A DNA stretch of 64,000 nucleotides from assembly GCA_036158955.1 (NCBI GenBank), contig JAYYFI010000015.1, positions 59,849-123,848 of the forward strand, read 5' to 3'. This document shows positions 18,234 to 27,525 of this stretch, one piece after another (position 1 is the first letter of the stretch; every line of letters begins with the position of its first letter). The stretch is from Pseudomonadota bacterium (GTDB taxonomy: Bacteria > Pseudomonadota > Gammaproteobacteria > Ga0077536). Position numbers and translations under genes: made by a program. The notes beneath the pieces were generated by a model that was given only the letters and a program-made list of their open reading frames with translations, was not told the origin of the DNA and ran no database searches.

Positions 18234-20543
18234 ATGCAAAAAGCCCAAAAACGAGTAGAGCGAGACGAAAATCAAGAAATTCTGGAATTGCTCGAAAATT
18301 CAGCGGTTAACTTTGCTAATGCAGAACTCAATAGGTCGAGACTAAGAAAGATTAGAGACAATCAAGATAATTTCAATTTGGATATCTGGAAAAAAATTGG
18401 CGAACTTGGATGGTTGGATTTACTTTCTTCGGTTGAGAATGATACTAACTTTATAGCACGCGCTATCAAATTGATTGCATATCAGATGGGAACTAAAGGG
18501 GCACCTGAACCTTTTATGGAATGTGGTATAGGACCACTAAGTTTGTTACATGGAATCTCTAATAACGTAAATTTTGCTAATTCAATATCGAGTTGCGATA
18601 TATTAGTAGGACATCACATTAGCGACGGAAACGATTTAGTTTTTCAGGAAAAAGAATCAATAGTCAATGGAGAAATTATTGGGCTACAAATTCCAGCGCA
18701 AGCTGATTTTGTATTAATTGGTCTTCTAAATTCCAAAGAATCCCAAATCTTAAAAATCAAGCTAGACGACCCAAGTCTTACAACTAGCAAGCTTAGTTTA
18801 GCAGACGGCAGTACTAGTCTTAAAATAACTTTCTCAAAGTATAAATTGGAAGACAATCAAATAATAGCCTCCGGCTGTGAAGCAAAAGATAATATTCAGA
18901 GAGCAAAAAACCTAAATCTAATTGCTCACTGCGCATACTTGAATGGAATGAGCGAAGAACTTTTGGAAATCACGATTGATTACTTAAAAACGAGGACCCA
19001 ATTCGGAAAAAAAATTGGTAGTTTCCAAGCTTTGCAACATCGTGCGGTTGATATGTACATACAGTTGCGAATATCCGGTGCAGTTTTAGAAGATGCTCTC
19101 AAAAATCTATCCGGGAACTTAGACACCTTTGTGATCGAAAAATTTTTATCAAGAGCAAAATATCGAGCTAATCAAACCGCGAAAATTGTCACAAGAGAAG
19201 CGATTCAGATGCATGGCGGCATGGGATACACAGATGAGTGTGACGTTGGTTTATTTGTCAACAAGGCCTTAGTTCTCACGTCTCGGCTTGGCAATAGCAC
19301 CGAACATTGCGAGAATTTTCAAAAGCTTGAAAAACTCGCGCCTAATAATTATGAAATAGATAAAGGCTCTAGCACCAATTGGAAATCCAAACCTGAAAAA
19401 GGTTGGTCATCTTTATCCGACGAGGAGTTCAGAAAAATTTCTCGTTCATTTCTTAAATCTGAGTATCCAGATTCGATGAGGTATCCTACCAAAAGATTTC
19501 GCTGGGCTGAGGTTAAAGATTGGTATATCAAACAATCTAAATACGGTTGGGTGGCGCCTGCTTGGCCAGAACAATATGGAGGCATGGGCCTTACCCCTTC
19601 ACAGCAATTAATTCACATCGAAGAGTTAGAGCGGCATGGAGTGGGAAGAGCGCCTGACATGGGCATTGTAATGGTTGGTCCACTCCTAATTAAACATGGG
19701 ACAGAAGCCCAGCGAACTCAGTACCTTCCAGATATTTTAGCCGGAAAAACAATTTGGTGCCAAGGTTACTCCGAGCCGAATGCTGGTTCTGACCTAGCTA
19801 GTCTACAAACTAAGGCCGTGAAAGACGGAGATGAATTTGTAATAAATGGGCAAAAAACATGGACAACGATGGCTCAGGACGCAACACATATGTTTTGCTT
19901 GGCCAAAACCTCTTCTAACAACAAACCTCAAGAAAGCATAAGTTTTTTTCTTATTAATCTTAACCAACCCGGTGTAACCGTGAGGCCAATAAAAAATATT
20001 GCTGGCCACGAGGAGTTTTGCGAAGTTTTTTTAGATGATGTTCGAGTACCTTTTGATAGTATGGTTGGTAATATCAACAAAGGTTGGTCTATTGCCAAAG
20101 CACTATTGGGGTTCGAAAGAATATTTTTAGGTAGCCCAAGGCAGTCGCAATATGTTTTACAAAGAATCGAAGAAATTCTTATGCAAGATCAGCTCAAAAT
20201 ATCATCATCGGATCGAGACAGATTTACCAAATTGAAATTAGACGTTTTAGATTTAGAATCCATTTATCAAAAATTTGCTGATATCGTAAGAAAAGGAGAA
20301 GAACTAGGGCCAGATGTTTCAATTCTCAAAATTTGGGCTACTGAAACTTTTGCAGAGCTCACCGAGTTACTTATTGATTTGGCTCAATCCCAAGGATCCA
20401 GATTAGGGGATGTTTCATTTGGAGATTCAAAAGTTGATGTTTTAAGTCAGTTTTATAACGCAAGACCCGCCACAATTTATGGCGGGTCAAATGAAATCCA
20501 AAGGAATATCATTTCAAAAAACGTGCTTGCCTTGCCCTCCTAA
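18234..20543 (+). CDS. fused two-module acyl-CoA dehydrogenase family protein
   Basis: About 769 aa from ATG 18234 (AGGAG SD). The first half has an ACAD C-terminal-domain pattern (RTQFGKKIGSFQALQHR, QMHGGMGYTDE). The second half is a full ACAD (WCQGYSEPNAGSDLASL ... IYGGSNEIQRNII). Confidence 0.8.
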   Translation: MQKAQKRVERDENQEILELLENSAVNFANAELNRSRLRKIRDNQDNFNLDIWKKIGELGWLDLLSSVENDTNFIARAIKLIAYQMGTKGAPEPFMECGIGPLSLLHGISNNVNFANSISSCDILVGHHISDGNDLVFQEKESIVNGEIIGLQIPAQADFVLIGLLNSKESQILKIKLDDPSLTTSKLSLADGSTSLKITFSKYKLEDNQIIASGCEAKDNIQRAKNLNLIAHCAYLNGMSEELLEITIDYLKTRTQFGKKIGSFQALQHRAVDMYIQLRISGAVLEDALKNLSGNLDTFVIEKFLSRAKYRANQTAKIVTREAIQMHGGMGYTDECDVGLFVNKALVLTSRLGNSTEHCENFQKLEKLAPNNYEIDKGSSTNWKSKPEKGWSSLSDEEFRKISRSFLKSEYPDSMRYPTKRFRWAEVKDWYIKQSKYGWVAPAWPEQYGGMGLTPSQQLIHIEELERHGVGRAPDMGIVMVGPLLIKHGTEAQRTQYLPDILAGKTIWCQGYSEPNAGSDLASLQTKAVKDGDEFVINGQKTWTTMAQDATHMFCLAKTSSNNKPQESISFFLINLNQPGVTVRPIKNIAGHEEFCEVFLDDVRVPFDSMVGNINKGWSIAKALLGFERIFLGSPRQSQYVLQRIEEILMQDQLKISSSDRDRFTKLKLDVLDLESIYQKFADIVRKGEELGPDVSILKIWATETFAELTELLIDLAQSQGSRLGDVSFGDSKVDVLSQFYNARPATIYGGSNEIQRNIISKNVLALPS

Positions 20544-20641
20544 TAAGACACCAAGGCAATCGTATTAGGCTGAATTTGTCGAGCTGCTATCGATTTTTTT
20601 CAGTTTAAGATAATATTAAACAAACAATTTAAGGAATTCAT

Positions 20642-21520
20642 ATGCATCAGATGAACTTTGCATCTCCAAAAACAGTATCCGGAGCCATTAAGCTACTTGC
20701 CGAATATAGAGGAAAATCTAAAGTTCTCGCCGGAGGCACTGACCTTTTGGTTCAATTACGCATGGGAAAAATTCAACCTAAAGTTATAATTGATATAAAG
20801 AATATTAAGGAAGCTAATCAAATAACTATTGAGAAAAATGGGGTCAGAATAGGCGCAGCAGTTTCTGGTGCGGTCGTAGGAGAATGCGACCACATAAAAA
20901 GTAATTGGCCTGGAGTCGTTGAAGCGTTGGAGCTAATTGGTTCAACTCAAATCCAAGGCAGAGCAAGCCTAGGGGGTAATTTATGTAATGGCTCTCCAGC
21001 CGCGGACAGTGTGCCCGCACTTATAGCTAATGAAGCCATCTGTAGAATTGCAGGACCAAATGGAAAAAGAGATATCAAAGTTCAAAATTTTGTAAAAAGT
21101 CCTGGCAAAACAATCCTAAAAAGAGATGAAATGCTAACGAGTATTTTTTTGCCTAATAGACCTGTCAAATCATCTTCTGCCTATTTAAGGCTAATACCCA
21201 GAACTGAAATGGATATAGCTGTTGTAGGAGCGGCCGCATTCCTTACACTCGATGAAAACAACAAATGTCTAGATGCAGTAGTCTGTTTAGGTGCAGTCGC
21301 ACCCAAAGCAACTGTCGTAAAAACCGCAAAGAGAATACTAGTAGGCAACAAAATCAATAATGAATCGCTGACTTCTTTGGTAATGGCCTGCGAAAATACC
21401 TGCGATCCAATCAATGATGCACGAGGAACGGTTGCATATAGGACCAAGGTAGCCGGAGTGTTGGCTAGACGCGCTGTACAAATCGCACACACAAGAATTT
21501 TAGAAAAAGGAAATTTATGA
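20642..21520 (+). CDS. molybdenum hydroxylase (xanthine dehydrogenase/CoxM-type) FAD-binding subunit
   Basis: 292 aa. AGGTDLLVQ FAD motif and a medium-subunit layout. Confidence 0.9.
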   Translation: MHQMNFASPKTVSGAIKLLAEYRGKSKVLAGGTDLLVQLRMGKIQPKVIIDIKNIKEANQITIEKNGVRIGAAVSGAVVGECDHIKSNWPGVVEALELIGSTQIQGRASLGGNLCNGSPAADSVPALIANEAICRIAGPNGKRDIKVQNFVKSPGKTILKRDEMLTSIFLPNRPVKSSSAYLRLIPRTEMDIAVVGAAAFLTLDENNKCLDAVVCLGAVAPKATVVKTAKRILVGNKINNESLTSLVMACENTCDPINDARGTVAYRTKVAGVLARRAVQIAHTRILEKGNL

Positions 21521-22020
21521 ACAAGCATCACGTTTCAATGAGTGTCAACGGTGACCCAGTTGAGATCCTATGTGAAACCCAGCAAACCCTTCTAGATTGT
21601 TTAAGAGATGAGCTCTATTTGACGGGCACAAAAGAAGGATGTTCTACAGGAGACTGTGGAGCATGCAGCGTCACTTTGAACGGCAGATTAGTCTGCTCTT
21701 GCTTGGTTTTAGGGGTTGAAGCAAATGGTTGTGATATTCAAACCATAGAGGGAATTGGAAGTGAAGAATCATTACATCCATTGCAAAAAACGTTTCTTGA
21801 GGAAGCTGCATTGCAATGCGGCGTTTGTACTCCTGGATTTATCGTAGCAGCAAAAGCGTTACTCGATGAGAAACCAGACCCCTCTGAGGAAGAAATACGA
21901 TACTGGTTAGCCGGCAATCTATGCAGATGCACAGGCTACGACAAGATCATAAAGGCCGTGATCAAGGCCGCAAAAATAATGAGGGAAGAAAATGAGCAGC
22001 GTACGAACCGAAGAGCTTAA
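21517..22020 (+). CDS. molybdenum hydroxylase (2Fe-2S)-binding small subunit
   Basis: 167 aa. Cluster motifs CSTGDCGACSV and QCGVCTPG...CRCTGY. It overlaps the upstream gene by 4 nt. Confidence 0.9.
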   Translation: MNKHHVSMSVNGDPVEILCETQQTLLDCLRDELYLTGTKEGCSTGDCGACSVTLNGRLVCSCLVLGVEANGCDIQTIEGIGSEESLHPLQKTFLEEAALQCGVCTPGFIVAAKALLDEKPDPSEEEIRYWLAGNLCRCTGYDKIIKAVIKAAKIMREENEQRTNRRA

Positions 22021-24283
22021 TAAACCTAGCCAAAAGACTAAAGAAGAAGGAAATAAATTTAAGGTTATTGGAACCCGGCCTGTACGTCCTGATGGAATGG
22101 ACAAGGTTACCGGAAAAGCCAACTTTGGAGCCGATATTGTATTGAATGGAATGCTTTATGGAGCCATCCATCGAAGCCCGCATGCCCATGCTTTGATTAA
22201 AAAAATCGATATTTCAAAGGCATTGAAACTGAAGGGCGTCAAAAGCATAATTACACACAGCGACCTTGCTTCCTTAAAACCCACTGATAAAAATGCAAAC
22301 GTTAATTTCTTTGACCTTGCGCGAAACGTTCTTGCAAAGGATAAAGTACTTTACGACGGTCATGCTATCGCTGCTGTCGCAGCTATATCTCAAACTATCG
22401 CTAATAAAGCAGCCAAGCTTATTGAAGTAGAATATAAAATATTAAAGCCAGTAATGGATATAAAAACGGCTGAAAAGAAAAGTTCACCTATTATTGATAA
22501 AAACATTTTTACTGAGGGCCTGAGTGAACCAAATAAAAAGCCCTCAAACACAGCAAAGAAAGTTGAGTTTTTGTTAGGAGATCCTGAAAAGACTTTAAAA
22601 GAAGCAGACATAGTACTTGATAGAAAATACAGTACTCAAACCGTGCATCAGGGTTATATCGAACCACACGCTTGCGCCGCAAGTTACACTAAAGATAATC
22701 AAGCAACAATTTGGTGCTCTAGTCAAGGTGCATTCATGGTTAGAGCTTATACCGCCAAATTGTGCGGCTTAGAAACATCAAAAATAAAGGTCATTCCTGC
22801 AGAGATAGGAGGCGGTTTTGGGGGCAAGACTACGATTTACCTTGAGCCATTAGCAGTAAAACTTTCGCAGAAAACAGGTCGTCCTGTAAAAATTGTAATG
22901 AATAGAACAGAAGTAATGAGGGCTACTGGCCCTACTTCAGGGGGAACTGCTCACGTAAAACTAGGAACAGACAAAAAAGGAAATTTTATCGCCGGTCTCA
23001 TTGAATTGAAATATGAAGCAGGTGCTTTTGCCGGCTCCCCCGTCGGTCTAGGATGCATGACCGCTTTTGCCCCCTATAATTTAAAACATGTAAAATGTAC
23101 AGGATGGGATATTCTAGTTAACAGACCAAAAGCGGCAGCCTACAGGGCACCGGGTGCACCAGTTGCGGCTTTTGCAGTTGAATCAGCTATAGATGAGATA
23201 GCTTCCATACTTCAAATGGATCCGATCGAACTCCGACTAAAGAATTGCGCAACAGAGGGAACCACAGCTCCCTACGGAGTAACCTTTGATAAAATCGGCC
23301 ACAAAGAATGCCTAGAGGCCGGATTAAATTCCAGTCAATACCATAAAAAACTTAAACCATATCAAGGGCGCGGAGTTGCGTCTGGATTTTGGTTCAATAT
23401 CGGCGGCAATTCTAGTGCTGAAATAATGATAAATGAAGACGGAAACGTAACCGTTGCGACTGGAAATCCAGATATCGGAGGGTCGCGAGCATCCATGGCG
23501 ATGATGGCGGCTGAGACTTTGGGTATAGGTATGGAAAATGTCAAACCAATCGTAGCAGACACCGAGTCAATTCCCTATTCTGATCTTACAGGAGGAAGTA
23601 GAGTTACATTTGCCACCGGAAAAGCGGTAATCGAAGCTGCTACGGATTTGATTGCAGAGATGTGTCGAAGAGCAGCCAAGTTTTGGAAAGTAGATCCCGC
23701 ACAAGTTGAATGGAAAAACGGAACTGCGATTTGTATAGAAAGGACAGATATTGAACCCATGTCGATGAAACAAATTGCAAAAATCGCGTTTAAAACGGGT
23801 GGAGCAATTAGCGGCAAAGCTAATATAAATGTAAAGAAAGGCGCTGGACCGGGCTTTGGTGTGCATATTTGCGATGTCGAGGTTGACCCAGAAACCGGAA
23901 GAGTTACCGTATTGAGATATACGGCAATTCAAGACGTTGGTAAAGCAATTCATCCTAGTTATGTAGAGGGTCAGCTCCAAGGGGGGGCGGCACAGGGTAT
24001 TGGATGGGCATTGAACGAAGAATATGTCTATAACGAGCATGGCAATCTGATGAACACAGGATTCTTAGATTATAGAATTCCAGTTGCTTCCGACCTGCCT
24101 ATGATTGAAACAATTTTAGTTGAAGTTCCAAATACGGGGCACCCTTTCGGTGTGCGTGGTGTGGGAGAAACACCCATAGTACCTCCTCTAGCAGCTGTGG
24201 CAAACGCGGTCTCAAATGCTATTGACAAGCGAATGACCGATTTACCTCTAAATCCAATCAAAATATTGTCTGAAATCGGCTAG
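21992..24283 (+). CDS. molybdenum hydroxylase molybdopterin-binding large subunit (aldehyde oxidase/xanthine dehydrogenase family)
   Basis: 763 aa. Motifs GGGFGGK, AAYRAPGAP and GVGE. The M-S-L gene order is present. The start may be slightly downstream, because the called start overlaps the previous gene by 29 nt. Confidence 0.9.
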   Translation: MSSVRTEELNKPSQKTKEEGNKFKVIGTRPVRPDGMDKVTGKANFGADIVLNGMLYGAIHRSPHAHALIKKIDISKALKLKGVKSIITHSDLASLKPTDKNANVNFFDLARNVLAKDKVLYDGHAIAAVAAISQTIANKAAKLIEVEYKILKPVMDIKTAEKKSSPIIDKNIFTEGLSEPNKKPSNTAKKVEFLLGDPEKTLKEADIVLDRKYSTQTVHQGYIEPHACAASYTKDNQATIWCSSQGAFMVRAYTAKLCGLETSKIKVIPAEIGGGFGGKTTIYLEPLAVKLSQKTGRPVKIVMNRTEVMRATGPTSGGTAHVKLGTDKKGNFIAGLIELKYEAGAFAGSPVGLGCMTAFAPYNLKHVKCTGWDILVNRPKAAAYRAPGAPVAAFAVESAIDEIASILQMDPIELRLKNCATEGTTAPYGVTFDKIGHKECLEAGLNSSQYHKKLKPYQGRGVASGFWFNIGGNSSAEIMINEDGNVTVATGNPDIGGSRASMAMMAAETLGIGMENVKPIVADTESIPYSDLTGGSRVTFATGKAVIEAATDLIAEMCRRAAKFWKVDPAQVEWKNGTAICIERTDIEPMSMKQIAKIAFKTGGAISGKANINVKKGAGPGFGVHICDVEVDPETGRVTVLRYTAIQDVGKAIHPSYVEGQLQGGAAQGIGWALNEEYVYNEHGNLMNTGFLDYRIPVASDLPMIETILVEVPNTGHPFGVRGVGETPIVPPLAAVANAVSNAIDKRMTDLPLNPIKILSEIG

Positions 24284-24290
24284 GTAAATA

Positions 24291-24539
24291 ATGATAAAAA
24301 TTTTTATCCCAAGCCAAATAGCAAATAATTACACCAATGGTATACATGAGCTAAATGCCAAGGGAGATAAGCTAGATCAAGTAATCACATCGTTAGACGA
24401 GCAATACCCGGGCATCAAGAGCGCTTTATCAGAGGGCTTTGCCTGTGCTCTCGAAAACGAGATTGTTCATGATTGGTTTGATGAAGAATTAGATAATGTT
24501 CGGTCTGTAAGATTTATACCTGCTATTGAAGGAGGTTAA
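24291..24539 (+). CDS. MoaD/ThiS-family ubiquitin-like small protein with a C-terminal Gly-Gly
   Basis: 82 aa. It begins MIKIFIP..., ends ...RFIPAIEGG-stop, and matches MoaD in length and terminal pattern. Confidence 0.6.
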   Translation: MIKIFIPSQIANNYTNGIHELNAKGDKLDQVITSLDEQYPGIKSALSEGFACALENEIVHDWFDEELDNVRSVRFIPAIEGG

Positions 24540-24541
24540 GA

Positions 24542-24904
24542 TTAATTAGTGGGGTTTGTATTTTTTTTAGTATCTAAGTGAACATCTGTATTTTCATATT
24601 TAGAAATATATTTCTCACACAAAGGGACGATAAAAAGAGGAATGGTTCCTCCTATAACAATACCTACAACCATCTCTCTGAGATGTGGGTCTATAAGGCT
24701 AGCTAGTAAATCAGCTATAACGTGAGACAAACCGGCCCCAATGATACCTGCTACATAACCATTAGAAGCAAACTTCACAAGCCTATTAATACTCCATCCA
24801 GTGTAATAACCTAAAAGCATTATCCCAACGTGAACGAAACCAAATACAAACCCTCGTAGATTAGCATTATAACTATGTAGCAATTCTTCAAGTAAATGTT
24901 CCAT
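24542..24904 (-). CDS. small integral membrane protein, function unknown
   Basis: 120 aa with three or four hydrophobic segments. It is the last gene of the minus-strand ABC cluster. Confidence 0.4.
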   Translation of the reverse strand: MEHLLEELLHSYNANLRGFVFGFVHVGIMLLGYYTGWSINRLVKFASNGYVAGIIGAGLSHVIADLLASLIDPHLREMVVGIVIGGTIPLFIVPLCEKYISKYENTDVHLDTKKNTNPTN

Positions 24905-24951
24905 TTGGCCTTCTTCGTTTTAAAGGATATAACGTATCATGATTTCACTTT

Positions 24952-25443
24952 TTAATCTATGACTGCTGCTGCTACAGAATTCAAATGATAAGCTGGAACA
25001 ACTAAAACGTTTGCGGTTGAATGATATAGATTCATAAAATTTGGTGTCTTTTCAATTTTAACGTATTGGCCAAAACTATCAGGCGTCGTCCTACCAAAAT
25101 ATAATTTAATCGATTGACTGTTAGAGAAATCCAATTTTATCTTTGCATAGTAAAATTCTCCTAAACCATACTTCCCAAGTCGACTCGCATCTACTTTAAA
25201 ATTTCGCTCCACCTTTGCCACACACATTGTTTTGAAAACTGAGTTAACGTTAGTCAACTCATCAAATTTAAATACCTTTTTTATTAATTTTTTTTCTCCC
25301 ATTGGAAGTGTTTTCTTAATCTCAACGGTAGCTGAGATTATTGTTGAGCAATTGAATAAAGTTTGGCCTTGTGATTGGTGAGAGTGAGCCTTATAATCCG
25401 ATTCGCAAGATACCAAGAAAAAAAACAACATTAACCAAGGCAT
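24952..25443 (-). CDS. putative lipoprotein, function unknown
   Basis: ATG 25443 gives MPWLMLFFFLVSCES, with a lipobox-like LVSC. The start is 13 nt after the GldG-like gene stop. Confidence 0.45.
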   Translation of the reverse strand: MPWLMLFFFLVSCESDYKAHSHQSQGQTLFNCSTIISATVEIKKTLPMGEKKLIKKVFKFDELTNVNSVFKTMCVAKVERNFKVDASRLGKYGLGEFYYAKIKLDFSNSQSIKLYFGRTTPDSFGQYVKIEKTPNFMNLYHSTANVLVVPAYHLNSVAAAVID

Positions 25444-25456
25444 CTTGATTCTATCG

Positions 25457-26803
25457 CTATACACGAGAATAAAAAAACACATATACACCTAAAACTAAAA
25501 AAATAATCGGCAGAGCTAATGTGGCCACTAAAAAAAGCACGGCGGCTTGATTGCTAGTTAAACTAAGAACATCTTGCTTGTAACTTTTTGGTTCTATTTG
25601 TATAACATTGTCTACTTCTGCCAGCTCATTAATAAGAATATTGAAAAATCTTCCATTATCGCCAATGCTATAGAATGAATTTGTTGCGAAGTCTCCGTCG
25701 CCTAAAAGAACTATATTTGAATTATTAGTTTTACTTTTTATACTTAAACCGATTATTTTTTTCTCGTATAAACCTTCAGTTTTTAAAGAACCAGCTTTGT
25801 CGGATGTTTCTATTAATGGAATGATAACGGGCTTGATATCAGCGGTATCATCTATGACTGTAGGCTCGAATGCAACCGCCCCTGGAAACACTGTTAAAGC
25901 AAGATCTCTAGTTATTTTATGTCTGGGATAGCTTGTAACCGCAATAGCATATTTGTCTGCTCGAAGGTGCCTGGATTCATCATAAATGAAATCCGGCCTC
26001 CAAGATACTCCATAATCTTTAAAAATTTTTTGTAATCCAGTTTCTACGCCTGGTTCGAGCATTAACAATAAATTCCCACCATTAATTAAATATTTTTTTA
26101 TTTTGTCAGCCTCAGTTTCCATAAACTTTCTCTGTGGAGAAGCAATCACCACCACTAAGCAGTTACTAATCAAATTTGATTGCTTTGCCAAAAATAACTT
26201 TTCGACTTCAAAACCTAGTATAACCATCGAATTGTAAGCTTCTCCCATGCCATGTTTTTCATGAATTGTAAGGGGCTTACCGCCAAATGAATGATTATGA
26301 CTACCTCCCTCATAATGATCATGAGTTTGCATGCTGAACGGATCGCTCTCCAGGTGCCCTGTGGTAAAACAGATTTTACCTCGGCTACTCGATGTCACCT
26401 TTATCAAGCCATTAACAAAGGCTACTTCATCAATTAGGTTTAATTCGACTTTCCGTTCACCCGAACGGATAACCGCTGTACCAGCAAATCTAATCCCATG
26501 CTTTTCAGCTAATGAGGGTTCAATTATTGGATCAAAAATTTCCAAACTTAACTTTTCAGATTCCCTCTCAAATAGACGTAAAGTATCAGCAACATCTTTC
26601 AAAGCTCGGTTTCTGATATCATAGGCATAAAATACAGAAACGGGCTGATCAATGGATTTAATAAATTCTTTAGTTTTAGCAGATAAACTAAAAATTTTTT
26701 GATCGGTAAAATCATAACGGTAATCCAGATCCCTAACAAATAGATTCATTGTTATAAGAAAAAACAAAAAAAGAAAAGATTTTACTAAATCTGAGAAACC
26801 CAT
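25457..26803 (-). CDS. GldG-like auxiliary component of an ABC-2 transporter
   Basis: 448 aa with N- and C-terminal TM anchors and a large periplasmic domain. It follows the ABC-2 permease directly, the usual GldA/F/G-type order. Confidence 0.6.
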   Translation of the reverse strand: MGFSDLVKSFLFLFFLITMNLFVRDLDYRYDFTDQKIFSLSAKTKEFIKSIDQPVSVFYAYDIRNRALKDVADTLRLFERESEKLSLEIFDPIIEPSLAEKHGIRFAGTAVIRSGERKVELNLIDEVAFVNGLIKVTSSSRGKICFTTGHLESDPFSMQTHDHYEGGSHNHSFGGKPLTIHEKHGMGEAYNSMVILGFEVEKLFLAKQSNLISNCLVVVIASPQRKFMETEADKIKKYLINGGNLLLMLEPGVETGLQKIFKDYGVSWRPDFIYDESRHLRADKYAIAVTSYPRHKITRDLALTVFPGAVAFEPTVIDDTADIKPVIIPLIETSDKAGSLKTEGLYEKKIIGLSIKSKTNNSNIVLLGDGDFATNSFYSIGDNGRFFNILINELAEVDNVIQIEPKSYKQDVLSLTSNQAAVLFLVATLALPIIFLVLGVYVFFYSRV

Positions 26804-26805
26804 CG

Positions 26806-27525
26806 TTACACAGACACTCTTCCAAAGTATTTTCTATGCATTAAAAACTTTGAAGTTAAAAATAAACAAAATATGCAAACACTTAAAAAGTAAAAGCTAG
26901 AAGAAAGATCAAAAACTCCTCTAATTAAATCAATATAATTATTAGAGAAACTAATAGACATAAGAAACTCTTTAGACGCGCCTTTCACGAAAACGCTAAA
27001 ATAGTCGACAAACCATAAAAATAATAATATAAACCAAGCGATGACCGCTGAAACGATTTGAAATGCAGACAGAACCGACGAAAGCAAGCCGATCGAAAAA
27101 AACGTTAGACCAAGAAGTATTAAGCCGAGATATCCGCCAATAATAGGCCCCAAATCAGGCTCAGAGAATATAATTAGAATGCCAACTGCTGGCAGGCTAC
27201 CTGCAATCAAAATGAAAAGTATACAGGTAAGGAATAGAAACTTAGCCGCTACAAAATCACACTCATTAACACCATACGCAAGGAACAACTCCAAAGTTCC
27301 ATTTCGATATTCCTCCGAAAAACATCGCATTGTAATTATCGGAGTAAAAAACAAAAGTAAAATACACATATTATGAAATGCACTCACCATATCAACCGCC
27401 GATACAAAAACCGTATTAAAACTGAAAAAAAATCCTGCAAGCAACCAGTAACTAGAAATAATCAAAAATCCCATTGGTGATTGAAAAAAAAGATTTATGT
27501 CCTTAAAAAAAAGAGTTTTAATCAT
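26806..27525 (-). CDS. ABC-2 type transporter permease (GldF-like)
   Basis: 239 aa with about 6 TM segments. It overlaps the ATPase gene by 4 nt. Confidence 0.7.
   Translation of the reverse strand: MIKTLFFKDINLFFQSPMGFLIISSYWLLAGFFFSFNTVFVSAVDMVSAFHNMCILLLFFTPIITMRCFSEEYRNGTLELFLAYGVNECDFVAAKFLFLTCILFILIAGSLPAVGILIIFSEPDLGPIIGGYLGLILLGLTFFSIGLLSSVLSAFQIVSAVIAWFILLFLWFVDYFSVFVKGASKEFLMSISFSNNYIDLIRGVFDLSSSFYFLSVCIFCLFLTSKFLMHRKYFGRVSV

Noticed and set aside
20527-20559. Hairpin TTGCCTTG...CAAGGCAA spanning the stop codon of the fused ACAD gene
   Set aside because: It has an 8-bp stem but a 17-nt loop and no following U-tract. That is too weak to call a terminator.
21181-24261. Antisense ORFs inside the Mo-hydroxylase genes (for example 21181-21531, 23567-24040, 23575-23817)
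   Set aside because: They fall opposite strongly supported coding regions and have no recognisable domains. The same applies to antisense or alternate-frame ORFs inside the nuo genes, PQQ-ADH, gltX, selA and selB.
20642-24283. Aerobic carbon monoxide dehydrogenase (coxMSL)
   Set aside because: The gene order fits. However, the large-subunit loop is AAYRAPGAP rather than the form I AYxCSFR signature, and no coxD/E/F/G accessory genes are present. I call it a generic Mo-hydroxylase.
14637-24283. Proximity of the Sec machinery to the Mo-hydroxylase as evidence for a selenium-dependent molybdenum hydroxylase
   Set aside because: That trait uses selD with yqeB/yqeC-type genes, not selA, selB or tRNA-Sec, and none of those markers is in the window. 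The two loci are separated by a divergent ACAD gene.
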